Below are positions 62,416-64,000 of a stretch of 64,000 nt of DNA, piece by piece. How positions within the stretch are numbered: position 1 is the stretch's first letter; each line of letters starts with the position of its first letter. The notes below the pieces were generated by a model that searched no databases, was not told the DNA's origin, and saw nothing but the letters and a program-made list of their open reading frames with translations. The translations under genes were made by a program, and so were the position numbers. Source of the stretch: Dimorphilus gyrociliatus (taxonomy: Eukaryota; Animalia; Annelida). Location: assembly GCA_904063045.1 (NCBI GenBank), contig CAJFCJ010000019.1:2123700-2187699 (forward strand), written 5' to 3'.

Positions 62416-63784
62416 TTTTCTTTTCCTTCCGTCTCGAAAGCGGCTTTATGACTTCGTCTGAACTAGATACAACAATAAATGAATAAAAGTCCACTGAACA
62501 AATATTAAGCACTGTTCAATAATTCTAATACGCTTGCCTTGATAAACATTCGTAAATTCCAATTGCTTAGCTATAATTTAAATATTATAAGTTACAAGAT
62601 ATGTATATATTATTGTTTTTAACAATAATATCAGCAAACTTAGACACTACTTATAAATAATTAATTGTAATTGCTCTTCGTTTACAAACAAACACACTCT
62701 TCTTCTCTCTTCTCTAGAAGTTTTTTTTTTACTTGAACAGTATAATGAAATACTGTAAATATAATCTATTCTTCCTATTCTTATTTTCTAGCTAGATATT
62801 GCTATCTCAATGATATTAGAATTTCTTTTACGCACTTCCACCTTTGCACAGTCGAAGACTTAAGGGTTAAATATTATAAAAAAGAAATAAAGATTTATTA
62901 AGTCAATTTATAGACTTATAAAAACATTACTTACACGTTAACGACAACGAGCAAGAGAGGGGCGGTAGAGGGGTGGTAAATAGGTGTTGGGAAATAGAAC
63001 AGAAAGTGAAAAATATAGGATTGGGAGGGAAGGGCAACTAATATACAATTTTAATAAGCGTTTATTATTTTCCAATTAATAACTGACAGTTCGGCAGACT
63101 TTAATGCGTCTTATTCCAATTCAAATAGACATATAATATAGAATTTTAAGATTTAACATGATCTTATTTCCCAATAGCTGTTATCTAAATACACATTTAT
63201 TTAATATGCAAAAATAAAAGACAGACACCCCTAATTCTCCCTATCAACACAGTTTTCAGACAAAATAACAACATTAAATCTACTATTTATTAATAAGGTC
63301 AAACGTAGGGAAAAATCATTATATACTTTTCTATGTATTGCTTTAGTTTCACAATAAGAAATGCAAGGGATAAGGATAATAAGGGAGTAGGTGAAAAATA
63401 AAAAAAAACTCTACTCACTTTGCAGTAACAACGTTCAATAAAGTTTCCAGTGAACGGTAGAAAATCTACATAAAGGTTTGAAAATGTAAAGTATACAAAA
63501 GTCAATCAATTGATCAACATTTTTCATTTACATTCTACCAACTTCGTTCAATTATTATCCTCTTTCATGATATTCAAGTTTATTAGACTATAATATATAA
63601 TTTTTTGAATTAAGTCAAAGTGTAATTTATAATCTAATAAATCATTATAGAAATCTATATTAGTCTTTTAAAGTTTTTTGTATAAATACTTTATTTATCC
63701 TAATTTTGAAATAAATATACTAACAATTATTTTATTTAGTGCGGTGTAATAGAGCAAATTCCGCTTCCTACTCTTCTCATTCTC

Positions 63785-63787
<3 letters not shown>

Positions 63788-63817
<30 letters not shown>
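63788..63817. repeat. (CT)n microsatellite
   Basis: Long CT run. Confidence 0.85.
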
Positions 63818-63818
<1 letters not shown>

Positions 63819-64000
63819 GTCATAATGTAGTATTAATATGATAATATATCTTTTCAACGGGCAAGTTAACAAAAGGAATGTAATAATGAAAATCAAGTTA
63901 ATCTGATTAATCCATAAATTTATTAAAGATTTTGCGACTTTGTGAATTACTCAATAAATTACGATTGTTAGTAAATAAATAGTTATACTACTTTTAGGAT

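Noticed and set aside
1-64000. CRISPR arrays, prokaryotic defence operons, rRNA, transposase or reverse-transcriptase ORFs
   Set aside because: No spaced direct repeats or such domains were seen. The window is spliceosomal-intron-containing animal DNA with only microsatellites.

Overview
This is AT-rich animal DNA from a very compact genome, with dense genes and mostly 50-70 bp introns. The gene content and innexin type suggest a spiralian; a miniaturised annelid such as Dimorphilus is only an inference. The window holds about 25 genes. Conserved ones are a PDXDC1-like 5' end, FAM172A, NT5M/NT5C, STYXL1, TMEM94, KCTD5-like, STOML1, TMEM104, PRDM8, an innexin, tRNA-Arg(ACG), a BTB-zinc finger gene, MARCHF8/1, LYAR, SEC24C/D, a B-box/beta-propeller gene, a coiled-coil gene and a Tctex1-domain gene. 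Four things stand out. (1) A hand-spliced EGFR-ligand-like gene (27080-32119, +) has a 4.2 kb first intron that contains a complete antisense CatSper delta/epsilon-like gene (27398-31302); the ORF track resolves neither gene. (2) A 9.6 kb tandem array holds five highly diverged RNF103-like ER E3-ligase genes in two subfamilies, each with a RING-bearing and a RING-less member, plus one decayed pseudogene. (3) There is an intronless, divergent NLK/nemo kinase with a DLG motif. (4) A cluster of Hes (CACGCG/GGCACGCGCC) and proneural E-box sites lies upstream of PRDM8. No CRISPR array, rRNA or recognisable transposon was seen. All family calls come from remembered motif similarity, not database searches.
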